Translations under genes and position numbers: made by a program
Notes under the pieces: generated by a model
Seen by the model: the letters and a program-made list of their open reading frames with translations, nothing else
The model's database searches: none
What the model was told of the DNA's origin: nothing
NCBI RefSeq assembly: GCF_037042905.1
Contig: NC_087263.1
Location: forward strand, 10,108,001-10,172,000
Direction of reading: 5' to 3'
Origin: Lytechinus pictus
Lineage: Eukaryota
DNA: 64,000 nt
Shown: positions 1-12,275 of the stretch, in pieces
How the letters are laid out: each line of letters opens with the position of its first letter
Numbering within the stretch: the stretch's first letter is position 1

Positions 1-593
1 AACAAATGGATGATACTTTGGATATCAACTACAAAATGGAAGCAGACCTCAACAGGAACGCTGACCTCCAACTAATTATGACCTACGTCTCACCATGGAT
101 GATCATAAAGTAAGACACGCACTGATAGAGACAAAGTCATCCATGCGATGCTATGCCAGCGGGGCAACCCCTAAGCAATACAACAACATTTAAGGGGTAC
201 CGAGCACAGACAAAGAATCCTGCAAGTAAGGCCTATCTCCACTTCACAAACGGATAGGAAGCTTTGAGATGTTGGTCCACATCGCATTTCAGATTCCAGT
301 CAAAAAGTGGCGAGTGTCATCAGAAGAGAAGAGATCGGTTGCTGACAGGAAGCAAGAAATCCATGATCGATTTAAAGTGGAACAAGGTGCTGGTAACTTA
401 AATGGCAGAATCACAGCTAGGAAAGACTTTATTACATGAAAGTGTGTTTGCAGATATCTGTGGACTTCGATAAATCCCGTGTACACAGATTGCATATGGT
501 CCTCTTGGCTGTTGCGTGAAAAATTCCCCTCAACCCAATAAGTCACAGAACAGCAGCGCATAAGGTACAGCATTACCCATGTTTCTTAATGCC
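1..593 (+). pseudogene. Decayed Transib (RAG1-core-related) DDE transposase fragment, running off the left edge
   Basis: Frame +2 from 83 reads LRLTMDDHKVRHALIETKSSMRCYASGATPKQYNNI*...K*GLSPLHKRIGSFEMLVHIAFQIPVKKWRVSSEEKRSVADRKQEIHDRFKVE-QGAGNLNGRITARKDF. After frameshifts it continues HESVFADICGL / DKSRVHRLHMVLLAVA*...YPCFLMP. These follow, in order, the recalled Transib motifs LTMxDGK, RCYICGATP, GLSxLH, KKW, GNTNDGNTARRFF and YPWYYMP. In-frame stops at 191 and 227. Confidence 0.8.
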
Positions 594-872
594 AGAATAT
601 TTCTGTTTGCATAAAGTTCAATTATTTATGCATATACTTTTTTTTTCTAAAAAGAAGGAAGCAGTATCTTCATCTTGTACATCTGCTATACACTGACTGT
701 ACTGTTGGTAATGATCTCCAGAGTAGTATGAACAAAAGCTCATGAGTTCAGAAGTGCTTGTAAGTATGACTTAATCAAGTGTAAACATACTCTGATAGAA
801 ATAGCTTGATTGCTGAGAAATAAGCAACGGTAAGTATGGCATTCTAATGAAGTTATGGGTCACTTTTAAAGC

Positions 873-1420
873 CATAATAATAATAATAATTCGATTTTTA
901 TATCACTTTTTCTAGAGGATACAAAATGCTGTTAATGGCATAAGACAAGTTAAAGTTCATGGTTATATAGGTGTGTATTAAGATGCTTTGAAGAGGTGAA
1001 GAGAAGAGATGTTTCGCACAGATGGGGGAGTTTGTTCCAAAGATAGGGAGTAAGAGATTAAAAAGTAATGAAGCCGGCCTGTTTTCTGGATTTTGGAATG
1101 ACATAGGAAGGAGCAGCTGCAGGAAAAAAAGTGAGTATGTAGATCTTTGTTGCTGAAATAATGAAGAAATGTAAGAAGTGTGGTTGACAGAGATTTATAA
1201 GTTTGGACAAGTATTCAACAATGTATTCTATCAGAAACAGGTAGCCAATGAAGTACATTTAAAAGAGGGGTAGCATGACTCCATTTTGTTACATGTTTGC
1301 TGATTTGTGATTCCAACTTCCAGTGAACTTGGATTAAGTAACTTACTAGATCCAGATTTACAATATTGTAACAATAAACTTTCGTTTTAAAGATTTTCTC
1401 ATTGCTTGTATTGCTTGCTG
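873..1420 (-). mobile_element. 3' fragment of an L2/CR1-group non-LTR retrotransposon
   Basis: The minus strand encodes ...LHWLPVSDRI...TYKSL (HWLP at about 1238-1256) and a LWNKLP-like motif near 1030-1050, typical of L2/CR1 ORF2 C-termini. It ends in an (ATT)n tail at about 873-890. Degenerate. Confidence 0.65.
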
Positions 1421-2550
1421 CACCTCAAATTTTCACTTAAGGTTTCTGAGTGCTCAACCCTAATTAACATGGTAAGGTAACAAAACATGTTATTAACAAA
1501 CTACAATTATCATGGGGGTTATAAACCCAAAATATAAAATTAAACATTGGGTGATATTCAATATATACATGAAATCAGTCAAAGCTAAACACTAATTATG
1601 AATATGAAAATATATGGAAAGAATATAAAGTAGAATTACAATAAAGGCAAAAGTAAAACCATGTGTAACAGTAAAATAAAGTTTAAAGATATTTCATAAT
1701 AAAAAAGAGATTTTCATCGCAATTTTTGAAACATGGAATGGCAAACCTGAGATGACATCTTAATGAAGAGTTAAATTGAGGAGTGGAGTGTTTCATGAAA
1801 TTAATAGTCGGTGAATTGCACTGACTATTGTTATAAGTTACCGAAATACAACATGTATTTGATTGGCTCAATGCAACAACGCCTGTGAAAAATTGCCATT
1901 TTCCCCATAAAACACTCTCCTGGGCTGTAAGTGACTACAAATAAAATAAAACCAGCTAAAACAAGCTTAAATTGCAAAAGCTCCTACACAAGCTCTCACT
2001 TTTATGATTAGATAAAGAGTTGAGTGAGTACAAATAAAATGAGATGAACAAGTTTAAATTGCAAAAGATAGAATACATTTACACCAAAAAAATCACTAAA
2101 AAGCATAAAATAGGCTGAAAAAAAACCAAAAGTAAATGTAGAACTCTCCCACCCATGTTTGGAAGAAACTTAATTCATGCAAGTGTGTTGAAACATTTAA
2201 GATTAAAGTAGTTTGTCATCGCACTGGAGCATGAACTGGCACTTGGTCGGCACTAAATGCTCCACCTCACCCGATTTGAGGAGCAAAAATATATATTTTA
2301 CAATGATGAAATATACATAAGTAAACAATACAAAAACAAACATATACATACTTTGTGGTATGTGCAATTTCATTCTAATATGATTGAGGTCAAAGTTAAG
2401 TACATCTCACCCCAAAAGAAAGCAAATGGCAATGAGCAAGCATCTACAATTTTTTATTCAGTTATCATAATAAAGTTTTGAATTTAAACAGTGAATGAAA
2501 ATGCAACCTTGAAAGTATAATATGTAAAATTTATAACTGTGAAATAATAT

Positions 2551-3080
2551 ACAAATATACCAGGCTTTGAGTAAGTATAGCGGGAATTATTCATCCCAGG
2601 TTGGACTGGCATTACTATTTTTTCCCGAGGGGCGAAGCCCCGAGGGAAAATATAGTGATTATGCCAGTACAACCGAGGAGGAATAATTCCCTCTATACTT
2701 TCGAAATAAAGGCCTGGTATATTTGTTTTATATCCTACTTTAATAAGTTATAGAAACTTTCTTGATAATCTAGTTCTTGTACTCTAAGTTCATCCTTTTT
2801 AAAATCTGAATCAAACCAGCTGCGCTGACTGACCTACTTTTCCTGAAGCGCTTTGCTACGCGCTCAGTGCGCAGAACGCGTATTAGTGCTTGCGCCATCA
2901 TGATCTGTGACGTCAATGATGGAATAGTCGACTATTCCATCATTGACGTCACGGAATAGCACATTTTCTTCGGTGGGCGTTTAATTTTCGACATCATCGC
3001 AAAATAGTGAGAATATGTTTGATCACATGATGCTATTTGAACCAATCAGCATACAGGATTCAATCTATGTAGGATATAAA
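2551..3080. mobile_element. Multi-palindrome non-autonomous element (long hairpin with GCGAAGC loop, plus an inverted-repeat pair enclosing a perfect palindrome)
   Basis: Imperfect hairpin 2551-2726 centred on GCGAAGC (2632-2638). Inverted repeat tttatatcctac (about 2727) / gtaggatataaa (3069-3080). Perfect 46 bp palindrome at 2907-2952. Confidence 0.6.
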
Positions 3081-5636
3081 ATAAGATATTTTTGGCAGCA
3101 AATTTAAAGTCATTGTGCAAACATTCAATAGTACAATGCTTAGAATCTAAATTATTTTCAACTATTATAATAATGTATAGACCTGCCAGGAAAATCAAAA
3201 TGTCACATTGGAAATATAACCAGTAACTCTTTAACTAAAAAATTATAAAGCATATAGTCAGAATTATTGCACATCATATTTTGAATTTACAAGAATATGA
3301 CATCAGCATTGTATTAATACCCAACGTGTAATTCTTACACAACTCTTAACTAATTGATGTTGACGACATCAGCCATGAATTCCTTTCAAGTTTTGGGTAA
3401 TATTCCATGATTATTCATGTCCACCTCCAAATTTGGATTACCTTAATTTTGAGACACACTGAAAAGAATTACACTAGCATTGTGGTATTAAACTACAGTT
3501 TGAGACAGAAAATCATAACAGTAATTCATAGATTGCTGATTTTAAAAAAAATCAATCTAAAATGTTATACACTTATAAAGCACAATACAGACAGCACACA
3601 CCTTGTTCTGGTTATTCAAATAATTTTTCAACCTCCATAAAAAATGTCACTGTACAATATATGCCCCTACAAGTGTAATAGCTATGGAGGTTGGCGGTGG
3701 TCTTTTCTGCACTTCATGACACTCCTTCCAGTGGCTCAATTTATTCATCATCCCAGTATAGCTTCCTGTATGAGCTGCCAAAGGGGTTACTACATCAAGT
3801 ATCAAAGTTTTACATGATGCTCATACACTTTTGGCTTGGTTTGAGAAAAATCTGCCTAAAAAATTGTAAGGCAGTAAAATTGCGACCACCACTAAGAAAT
3901 CTTGAGCTAGAACACTGGTACCATCAAAGATACTACAGCATTGAGTAAGTAATTAATTATTTTTTACCTGTGCATATCGCTATATGGTTGTGTACAAAAT
4001 ATATGAGAGAAGGGGTGAAGGAATAGACGATTTTTACTTTTTACAATTTTTTTAATTCAATTTTTTCCCCTTAAATTTGAGATGAATATATTTCAGAGGT
4101 TTCTGCGTAATAAAAGGTGGAATTATTTCTATGCACTGCCCTTGAGCCCTCTCCAAAATCCCCACTCTCATTTTCCCCATATGTTTTATACACAGCAGCT
4201 TGCCGATGTGCGATGGTTTACTTACTCGAAGCTAGTGGGCGTCCTTCCCCATGAGTATTTATCGAGCATTTCAATAAATCGCTGAAGTGTCCGATCTTCC
4301 CCTTATAGTGTCTTTGGTACCGTCTACACTTTCTATGAGAACAATTAACACTTGCATGCCACATGCATAATATACATTGCCCTACATCACATGCATAAGG
4401 TAATACAGAATTTAAAGTTTCCTCAGCCACCATAGCTAGATAATTATCAAAGAACTTAACCACATTAGTTGAGGTATTAATGGTTTGATAATATATTTCT
4501 ACCATTGAGAGATTTGCAACTTTCTTCTTGCATACAATGTTCAATGATTAATGCTCCATGTCCAGTGATCACTAAACATTTTTGCTGATTTTATTACTTC
4601 AAGTCAGAATATCTGAAGTGAGATTAAGACTGCAAAAGTCAATATTTACTGGGTAAAAGGCAATCTATTTCAGAGAATTTACCCAGATCAAACCCTTTTA
4701 TTCTGATCGCTGGCTTGCAGTTTTCTTTCGAACACAAGTATCAGCCCAGCTGCATATTGTCTCTTGAATTCGTCGCCAGATTTTTCTGCTTTAATAAAAC
4801 CATCTTCCCCTTAATGCCACTTTTGGAATGTGTATTTTTCTAAATGTGTAGCCGAGTTGTCTCAGGTTGATTTGTCTGGGGCCTGCCAATGCAGCATATG
4901 TAACAAGCATATGTAATCTAATTAACCCAAAGTAGTCCCATCAGGTTTTAGTTGTTCTTCCAGTGGGTGGGGCACAGTATGATATGTTATCATTATTCTT
5001 CACCACTGTAATTAGGCCTGACGCCAGGGTCTCCATTTGGGGGATTCAATCCCTTCTCTTGTCCTTTTCCTCCATTGTTTTCTTTCTTTAGAAAACGTCA
5101 CTGGGTACTGGCTTGGTAATATGTTGAGTCCCTAGCGTTATGGGAGATTAAAAGTCATCTCATTTTGCAAACCACTCTGCCCCCAAGCCTGATAATTATC
5201 TTTCCTGAGAGGAAAAGTGCAAACTGATCCCCAACAGAGCAACTCAACATGGTGGAGAACCAAGGCATTCAAGTCCATAGATGATGAGAGCAAATTTATT
5301 CCTTACTTGTTTATCATTCAAATGTAAGGCGCTTGGCGAGTTAAGAAGAGAATAGAAGTGTCCACAGATGTGGGATTTTATGGTAGAATAATAAGCAGTA
5401 AGTCCATGCCACAAACGGCAATTATTGTAATGAAAAGATCGTGTTTCATTACATGTTTCATTAAAAAGTACCTTTCACATACTGTTCTGTTGGTATTTTT
5501 CATTAACCTCGTCAACTGTCCTATATTTTTAACACGCTTTGCAATGAACTTAGAAATTTCAGCATCATTCATGCATCGCAGAATATTTTGGACACTCCTT
5601 CATAACCCTTCATGGGCTAAAGAATATACCAACTGA

Positions 5637-5848
5637 TTATGCATAAATGCCATAGAGAACCACGCCTATTAGAATAACAAAGACACAGAGGACATTGAGA
5701 ATGATTTTATCTCTCTTGCGTTGGATAACCTTAGCCATCTGGGTGGTCTCCCTGGCTTTCAGCTGTGAGTCGCTGATGTTCTCTTGATTTGAGAAACCAC
5801 AGAACCAATTGAACGATCGATGCCACCATGATTCCTCGTCGTTCGGAC
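5637..5848 (-). CDS. SLC5 (SMIT1/SLC5A3-like) symporter, coding exon 13 (terminal)
   Basis: Acceptor cacag|GT. Reads PNDEESWWHRSFNWFCGF...KIILNVLCVFVILIGVVLYGIYA* (SLC5 WFCG motif and last TM helix). Phase 1 matches exon 12. Stop TAA at 5637-5639. Confidence 0.9.
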
Positions 5849-5917
5849 CTGTGAATGAATGATAGCATGAATTGCATTATAATAATAATGTCTGTCAGAC
5901 ATTCCACTTAACCCTAA

Positions 5918-6264
5918 CGCCCAGCGCACACTATGAGACGTAAATGCACTAAGATCCATTTGCAACAAGTTTCCAATCGCATCTCAGTGCAATCGCATCT
6001 CACAGCGACAGAGCCTCTTCTTTTGCGCATACTGTATTTTGTCTGCGTTGCAGCAGCGCAGCAAATTGGCCATGACCTCAGCATCAAGGACAAATCTGAT
6101 TGGCTAAAATTAGTAAAATTGCATGTCAGATGTACAAGATTTAATCTGCGATCCTACTGGAACAAAGCTGGTCGCAGTTGCAGCGCATTGTAGGTTGGTG
6201 CACACTCCCTAGTTTTGTTGCAATAGGATCTTGGTGCAATCGCGTCGCATAGTGTGCCCTGGGC
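5918..6264. mobile_element. MITE, PIF/Harbinger-like
   Basis: TIRs gcccagcgcacactatg / catagtgtgccctgggc, flanked by TAA/TTA. Confidence 0.6.
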
Positions 6265-6997
6265 TTAACCCTAAAAAGACTGGGGGGGGGCCATGATGGC
6301 CCCCCCTCGACGCTTCGCGCGATATTTCTGAAATGCAAAAAGATAGCACCCCAAAATTTTATGACTTTTTTCTTTGAAGTCTCGCACAACTTTTGAGACC
6401 AAATTTGCGACATACGGGTATAGCATCGCGACGTCATGTGACTTTTTACGAGACAATGTCATACCGAAAATTGCTAAATTTTATACTTTGTACAAAGCCT
6501 ATGGGAGATGAAATTCATAAAAGGGTGATTATTTTTTGTTCTACATGTAATTGGTCTGCTTAATTATTTTAGGGTTTAATTTAGTTGTTAAATCATCTGT
6601 TATAATTTCCATTGAAAAAAACAATGAAAAATAAAGATGAACATAAAGAAATACAAAAGAACTTCTAAAAACAAAGAAATACATGAGGGAAAAAATTGGC
6701 TTTCACAATTTTTCTTTGTGGAAACCTTTAAATTAGATTACAAAGATGACATCTGCAAAAAAGAAAATTTGAAGTGAAATTGGGTGTTAAATATGCAAAT
6801 GTTTTTCATTAAATACTTTGCATATTTTATTCATAATAAATACAAAATAATTATTTTCAGATTTTTTTTATATTAGCTTGTAGTTTATGTGGTAAAGAAT
6901 GTGCATGCCAAACTTCGGCGCGATCGCGCGAACGGCGGTCGAGATCAGAAGGGGGGGGGGCCATGCATCTCAAATAGCCCAGTCCTTTTAGGGTTAA
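6265..6997. mobile_element. piggyBac-like MITE (TTAA TSD, CCC...GGG termini)
   Basis: ttaa|ccctaaaaagactgggg ... cccagtccttttaggg|ttaa. Internal sequence shared with 56150-56775 and 63717-64000. Confidence 0.75.
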
Positions 6998-7231
6998 GAA
7001 TCAAAAGGTGGGGGGATTATGACTTCCCTCTACATTTTTTCGCAATTAATTGGAACTTGAGAGATTAATAATGAAAATAATAATAATGTGACATAATTGT
7101 GCCAAATCCTCTCCATAGTGTGCTCAAGTGGCATTGTGGGTTCAGAATAAAATAAAAAAGATTTTTGAGAAGATTTTTAATAATAACAAATTACTCTTAT
7201 TTACCCAGGCACTTCAGCTGTTATCATTACC

Positions 7232-7683
7232 CAGAGCTGCCAAGTTGTATTTTGCATTTTCAGTATTCTTATCCCCCAAAATCAGTATTTTGACCAAAAA
7301 ATCAGTATTTTTACCGTGTGAGATAAATATTTTGTATTTTTCCCCAAAACAGTGTATTTCATAATAAAATGCTTGGCGCACTCGCCCATCACGGCGCTCA
7401 AGCTGCATGCAAGCTAAAATGTGCACTGCTCTTGCAGATGAAAAAAAAAAATTGAAACTTGTGTATATCTCACCCTGGTTTTTACCAAATGATTGAAAAT
7501 TACCTGAAATTACATTGATCTAATAACCATATTTCTGTTTTATGAAATAGAGACATATAGAGATGATTTTTCTCAATAAATTACGATTTTGTAAAAAAAA
7601 AAAAAAAAAAAAAAAACGTACTGCCGTATTTTGGTTGCAAAAACGTACTAAATACGGAAAAATCGTACTACTTGGCAGCTCTG
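7232..7683. mobile_element. MITE with 13 bp TIR and 6 bp TSD
   Basis: TIR cagagctgccaag / cttggcagctctg; direct repeat ATTACC at 7226-7231 and 7684-7689. Confidence 0.75.
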
Positions 7684-8087
7684 ATTACCCTTCTCCATTA
7701 CCAAAGTCAAGCACCAGGCAGAAGGTCTAATTTTTTAAGTCTGGTATGAGTATGAAATTAAACGAAACTTTTGAATGTCATAACTTTCTTATTTTACATC
7801 CAATTTTGATGTTTTTTTTTTCAGCATAATGTTTTTGGATTTTTCTCTTTTTATTAAATCAACTTTTTGTTGTTGTGGACTTTTCCTTCAAGCACTTTTA
7901 GAATCATACGTCCACATAGACGACTGGTACGAAATGACGTCATTTTAATGCATCGCGCATGGCTCAGGCCCTCACCCTCGCCGACTATCAAAATTGAGAA
8001 CTTCCCCACCTCCATTCTACCGTTCTCCTAAATCATAGTCAATGTGCACGTGATGTCATTTTAACTGCGCAAGCTCAGCATGAAGAT

Positions 8088-8545
8088 CAATAAGCCAGTT
8101 CGTAGTTCCTTTCTGCGCATGATCAAAAGATTCTGCGCAGATCAGAGGAAGGTCATTTGTACTAAAGTGACATGGTGGTTTAAAATCTAATGAGATAAGC
8201 ACCAACTTTGATGTCTTGATTATTCATATATTTTTTTGAATTGTGTTTTTCATGTACATCCACAAAAGAACAACAATGCGTCCACGAACGACTGGTATTT
8301 CACAGTTTGCCAAGTACATTGTGCAACATGCTATGATATGCATTCAAAGTAGGAATGCAACAAATACCTTCATAAAGTGTTCATTGGTGTGCTATTCTAG
8401 TCACCTGGTCTATTCAATTTCTTCATCCTGCTATGTAAGGCATGCTTACGTAATATCTTGCTTTGAAATCTGCCTATCATAATGAAAGAAATGAAAGGTC
8501 ATTTGACCAAAATTGTCCATGAGGTAACTACGAACTGGTCTATTG
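8088..8545. mobile_element. MITE
   Basis: TIRs caataagccagttcgtagttcct / aggtaactacgaactggtctattg. Confidence 0.6.
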
Positions 8546-9166
8546 CAGTGGATCATTTCCCTTGTAAAACACAGTTTTCAGTGACTTTTCACAAAATCAA
8601 TGTAAGTTGTACGATTCATGTTTATCATATTTGAAATCGCTTTCTGAACTCCAAAATATATATCGCTATATCTCCTAACTCATGTAAAAAGGAATTATAG
8701 CAAGTGTGCACAAGTTGCACTTTCGCATCACCCAACCGAATCGCGACGCGATGGTACGCCAGATCTTTCGGGCGTGGACAGTGTGTCATGACCTGCTAGT
8801 TATCCCCCTGTTTAATGTGGACATACATACACGTAATGTACAAGTTGAGGGAAATCTTAAATATTTGTAAGGTTTTCACCAAAATTGCAAGGTCATAATA
8901 CGTGTTTATTTATCGATTGTGAATGATGTATTTATCCCCACCATAAAAGACCCAAAATAGTAGGGAGGACATTTGATATTGTGTCCCCCCTACTGTTTTT
9001 GGTAGGGGGGACACGCCTCCCCTGGGATTTCCGCCCATGTAGTGAACATAGACAGACGACTACATTGACGCACGTGATCAGTCGACTGATACCCCGTTCT
9101 CGTTCATTCATTCTAAAACTCCCTGCTGTACATAAATCTAATACCTAGTGTTTGAGTAGTTTTTAC

Positions 9167-9371
9167 CTTGTGAGTTGGTATCATCTTCAGCACCATTTTC
9201 TGGTCCAGCATCATCAAGAATATTTAAGGGCTCATACTTCTTTTCGTTGGGGTAAAGAGCGCCCTCTTTCTTCTCCTCTCCTTCCTCTCTTACTTCCTTC
9301 CCAGCCTGGTAAGCCATGATGTCCCATCTCTCTGCTTTGCTGAACCTCGTCCAGAATGTCAAACGATACAG
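9167..9371 (-). CDS. SLC5 symporter, coding exon 12
   Basis: attcag|CTG; LYRLTFWTRFSKAERWDI...DDTNSQ(G)|gtaaaa. The LYRLTFWTR motif begins the SLC5 C-terminal loop. 205 nt, phase 0->1. Confidence 0.88.
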
Positions 9372-10650
9372 CTGAATAACAATAATTATAAATATATTTG
9401 TTTTGTATAGCTTGCATAGCCACATCAGTTTAAAAAAGGCTCTATTAACCCTTAACGTGCCATGAACAAATATCTGTGCATCCACTGAAGTGCCACAAAC
9501 ACATTTTCGTGCAATGGTCATACAGCTATTGTTATGGCTATTGCATTTTGAGGAGAGCATTGCATGCATGAGTGATTCCATTGTTTAGTTCAGCTTATGG
9601 TCAAGAGGTTTAACATTATTGTCTCAGGAGTGAATCCTTTTTTTTAATAAATAAAACAATTAAATATAGCCTCTTTGAAATAAAATTGGCACTCGCTGAT
9701 TACAGTGAATGGCACATTAAGAGTTAAGCGGCTCTGCATAACAATTCAATTCATTTTCCACATATTGAGTAAAAAACATACAAATATCAGTACAATCAAA
9801 ATACATACATAGATAATTACAATACAAATATAAATAGTTACAATATATTACATTACAAAACATAAGTAAATAGAAATGTGGAGGGGATTGGCAAAGCCCA
9901 TGTTGATCTATCAAGGTCAATACCCAATGACAAAATAAAAAGAAAACATAAATTACATATGACAAAAAAGATACTTGACCTTAAAAACCCAGACATAGCA
10001 AAAAGACAGAATAACACAAATAAAGGGTAGGGAGAGGCAAAAACTAAAACTGCCTTAAAAAGTAAGAAGGAAATTTTATATTTATGTTTATAATTAAAAA
10101 AATATTTGTGTAATATAGCTTGCATAGCCACATCAGTAAAACAACTGCTCAGTGGCTCTGCATGACATAACATGGTATTTTTACCCATCTCCAATCTGAA
10201 ATGCTGAGCACCAAGCTTGAAGGCAGAATGATCTATTTTATTCTCTTTTGGTAGGTCTTAGCCGGGATCGAACCACAACCTCCTCTTAATGAGGCGGGTG
10301 CTCTACTTTGGAGCCATCATGTCATATAAAAAATAAACCCGTTATCTTGTTACAACAATCCTTATTAGCCAACTGAAATATGACATATCTCAGAATGTAA
10401 CCTTTCATACATATTTTAAACTTTAGGCTTAGAAAATATTAGAAAGAAAAAAATCAGGGAACAGTTTTTGCTTACAAGATTAAATTGATGAACTTGCATG
10501 GAAAAAATTGAATACTCTGTACCCAAAATTAATTTATTAAAAAATTTACATCTAGAAGTTTCATTCATGTCTACATGCACATGCAGCTTAAAATGTATTT
10601 AATGAGTTGAGAAATGGGAAGATTGTACAGAAAGAGAAAAAAATGCTTAC

Positions 10651-10916
10651 ATATTGTTTTGGAATAGGCTTTGTGAAGAGGCTAATAATGATGACACTCA
10701 ACATCGTCCAGAGGTAGAGAAAAAGAGCAAAGTACATATAGTGGATGAGGAGATGTTTGGCGCCGTACGGTCGAAGGTCTTCTTCCCCGCATCCCGGGGA
10801 AGGGTACACAAAGTCCAGCACCATGCGTATCATACCAATGATGAAGGCACCGGTTAACCCCCAGAAGGCGCCGGTTTCGTTGATCCGTTCCCATAGCAAC
10901 GCAACAGTGAAAAGAC
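10651..10916 (-). CDS. SLC5 symporter, coding exon 11
   Basis: tacag|GT; LFTVALLWERINETGAFWGL...SPGCGEEDLRP...IHYMYFA...SLFTKPIPKQY|gtaagc. 266 nt, phase 1->0. Confidence 0.95.
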
Positions 10917-11025
10917 CTGTACAACAGAGAAATACACTGTTAGGATTATCTCTTTGTATGCTATGTTTCCTGAATTGACAGTTTGATATCACAAGAGGGA
11001 TTCCATTGAGTAAAATTGATGTTGA

Positions 11026-11305
11026 GGAGGCATTGTGGTCGAGTGGTTATGACTTGTCTTTCAATCAGAGGGACGTGGGTTCGAATCCAAACCATGGCTT
11101 GTTTTCTTTCTGCAAGAAATTTACCCTCATTGTGCTGCACTCAACCCGGGCGAAGTGCATGGTTACCTGGTAAGAGTCATTCCTTGACGCTTTAGCACCA
11201 ATATAGCGGCTCATCTATGGCAAGGGTGATAATATGATACCAAGTATCAAAGCACAGTTGAGTATATGCACATAGTTAATGCCCTGTATGAATTATTATT
11301 ATTAT
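11026..11305 (+). mobile_element. tRNA-derived SINE
   Basis: A box (tgtggtcgagtgg), B box (ggttcgaatcc), core tgtgctgcactcaaccc, (ATT)n tail. Homologous to 17590-17879 and 24848-25142. Confidence 0.75.
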
Positions 11306-11724
11306 GTTGGTAGATAATCATACTTGATCTATCATACTCAATCCCTTCTTTACAAGTGATCTATAATAGTAATAATAATCTCAGTATAAGTGGATCCTGA
11401 GCAAGCGCAAGTGCATGTGACCAGGCATATTTGGGGTTAATTTACCAGTGATGGGCATTCATAGGCATATTATAATGACCAGTGATGCTTTTGAGATAAG
11501 GATTATTAATAAAATAAGAAGGATCTGCAGCAATTCTCATAAAACAAATAATGCACATTGTTTAGATGGGTCATTTTGTAATTATTCATTCTCATTACCA
11601 TTGATACAGTCATTAGTACAATACCATAAGTCCCTTGTGGGTGTAATTATTACTAATGCCCCCACTGATGTGTATTATTTGTATACACTAGTACTACTTA
11701 TTAGTGATTGATGGAAGTGATTTT

Positions 11725-11900
11725 TACAGTATTGTTACCAAGCAAGGAACCAGAGGACCGACAGCTTAAGATCCTCTCCGAGGGACCTGGTAACTAGGAT
11801 TTAAATGCATTACCAAAATGCACTAGCGCACCACTTGGGAATCGAACCCGGTTCACCGGAATTTGAAACCTCCGCTCTACCGACTGAACTATCGCGCCTC
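11725..11900 (-). mobile_element. tRNA-derived SINE, second family
   Basis: Minus strand has A box (tagttcagtcggtaga) and B box (ggttcgattccc). Similar copy at about 21800-21935. Confidence 0.6.
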
Positions 11901-12150
11901 TACTACTACTAAGCTTCTACAACTACTGCTAGTACTAGTACTACTACAATTACTACTACCACTACTTCTACATCTACTGCTGCTGCTGCAGCTAATGATA
12001 ATCATAAATAATATTGATAATACTACTACTTCTTAATAATAATAATGATAATATCATTATTACTGTTATTATCACTACTACTACATGTAGTTCTACTTCT
12101 ACTACTGCTTCTTCTACTACTACAACGATGAGTAACAGGAAGAAACTAAC

Positions 12151-12275
12151 CAGCAATTGATGGAGCAAGATAAGCAGTGATTTGCTGGATGTAATGAAAG
12201 AGCTGTCCCCCTTCTCCGCTCATCACAATAGGAACCCAGAGCACACTAATACCAACCAGAATAATGACAAACACC
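12151..12275 (-). CDS. SLC5 symporter, coding exon 10
   Basis: tttcag|[42 protein letters not shown](G)|gttagt. 125 nt, phase 2->1. Confidence 0.95.

Noticed and set aside
5378..5572. 64 aa ORF ending in a hydrophobic stretch, as an alternative last SLC5 exon
   Set aside because: Lies downstream of the real stop at 5637, lacks SLC5 motifs and has no convincing acceptor; probably 3' UTR.
9138..9166. Read-through of SLC5 exon 12 to an early stop (KNYSNTRY*) as the true C-terminus
   Set aside because: A phase-compatible terminal exon at 5637-5848 supplies the conserved WFCG motif and last TM helix.
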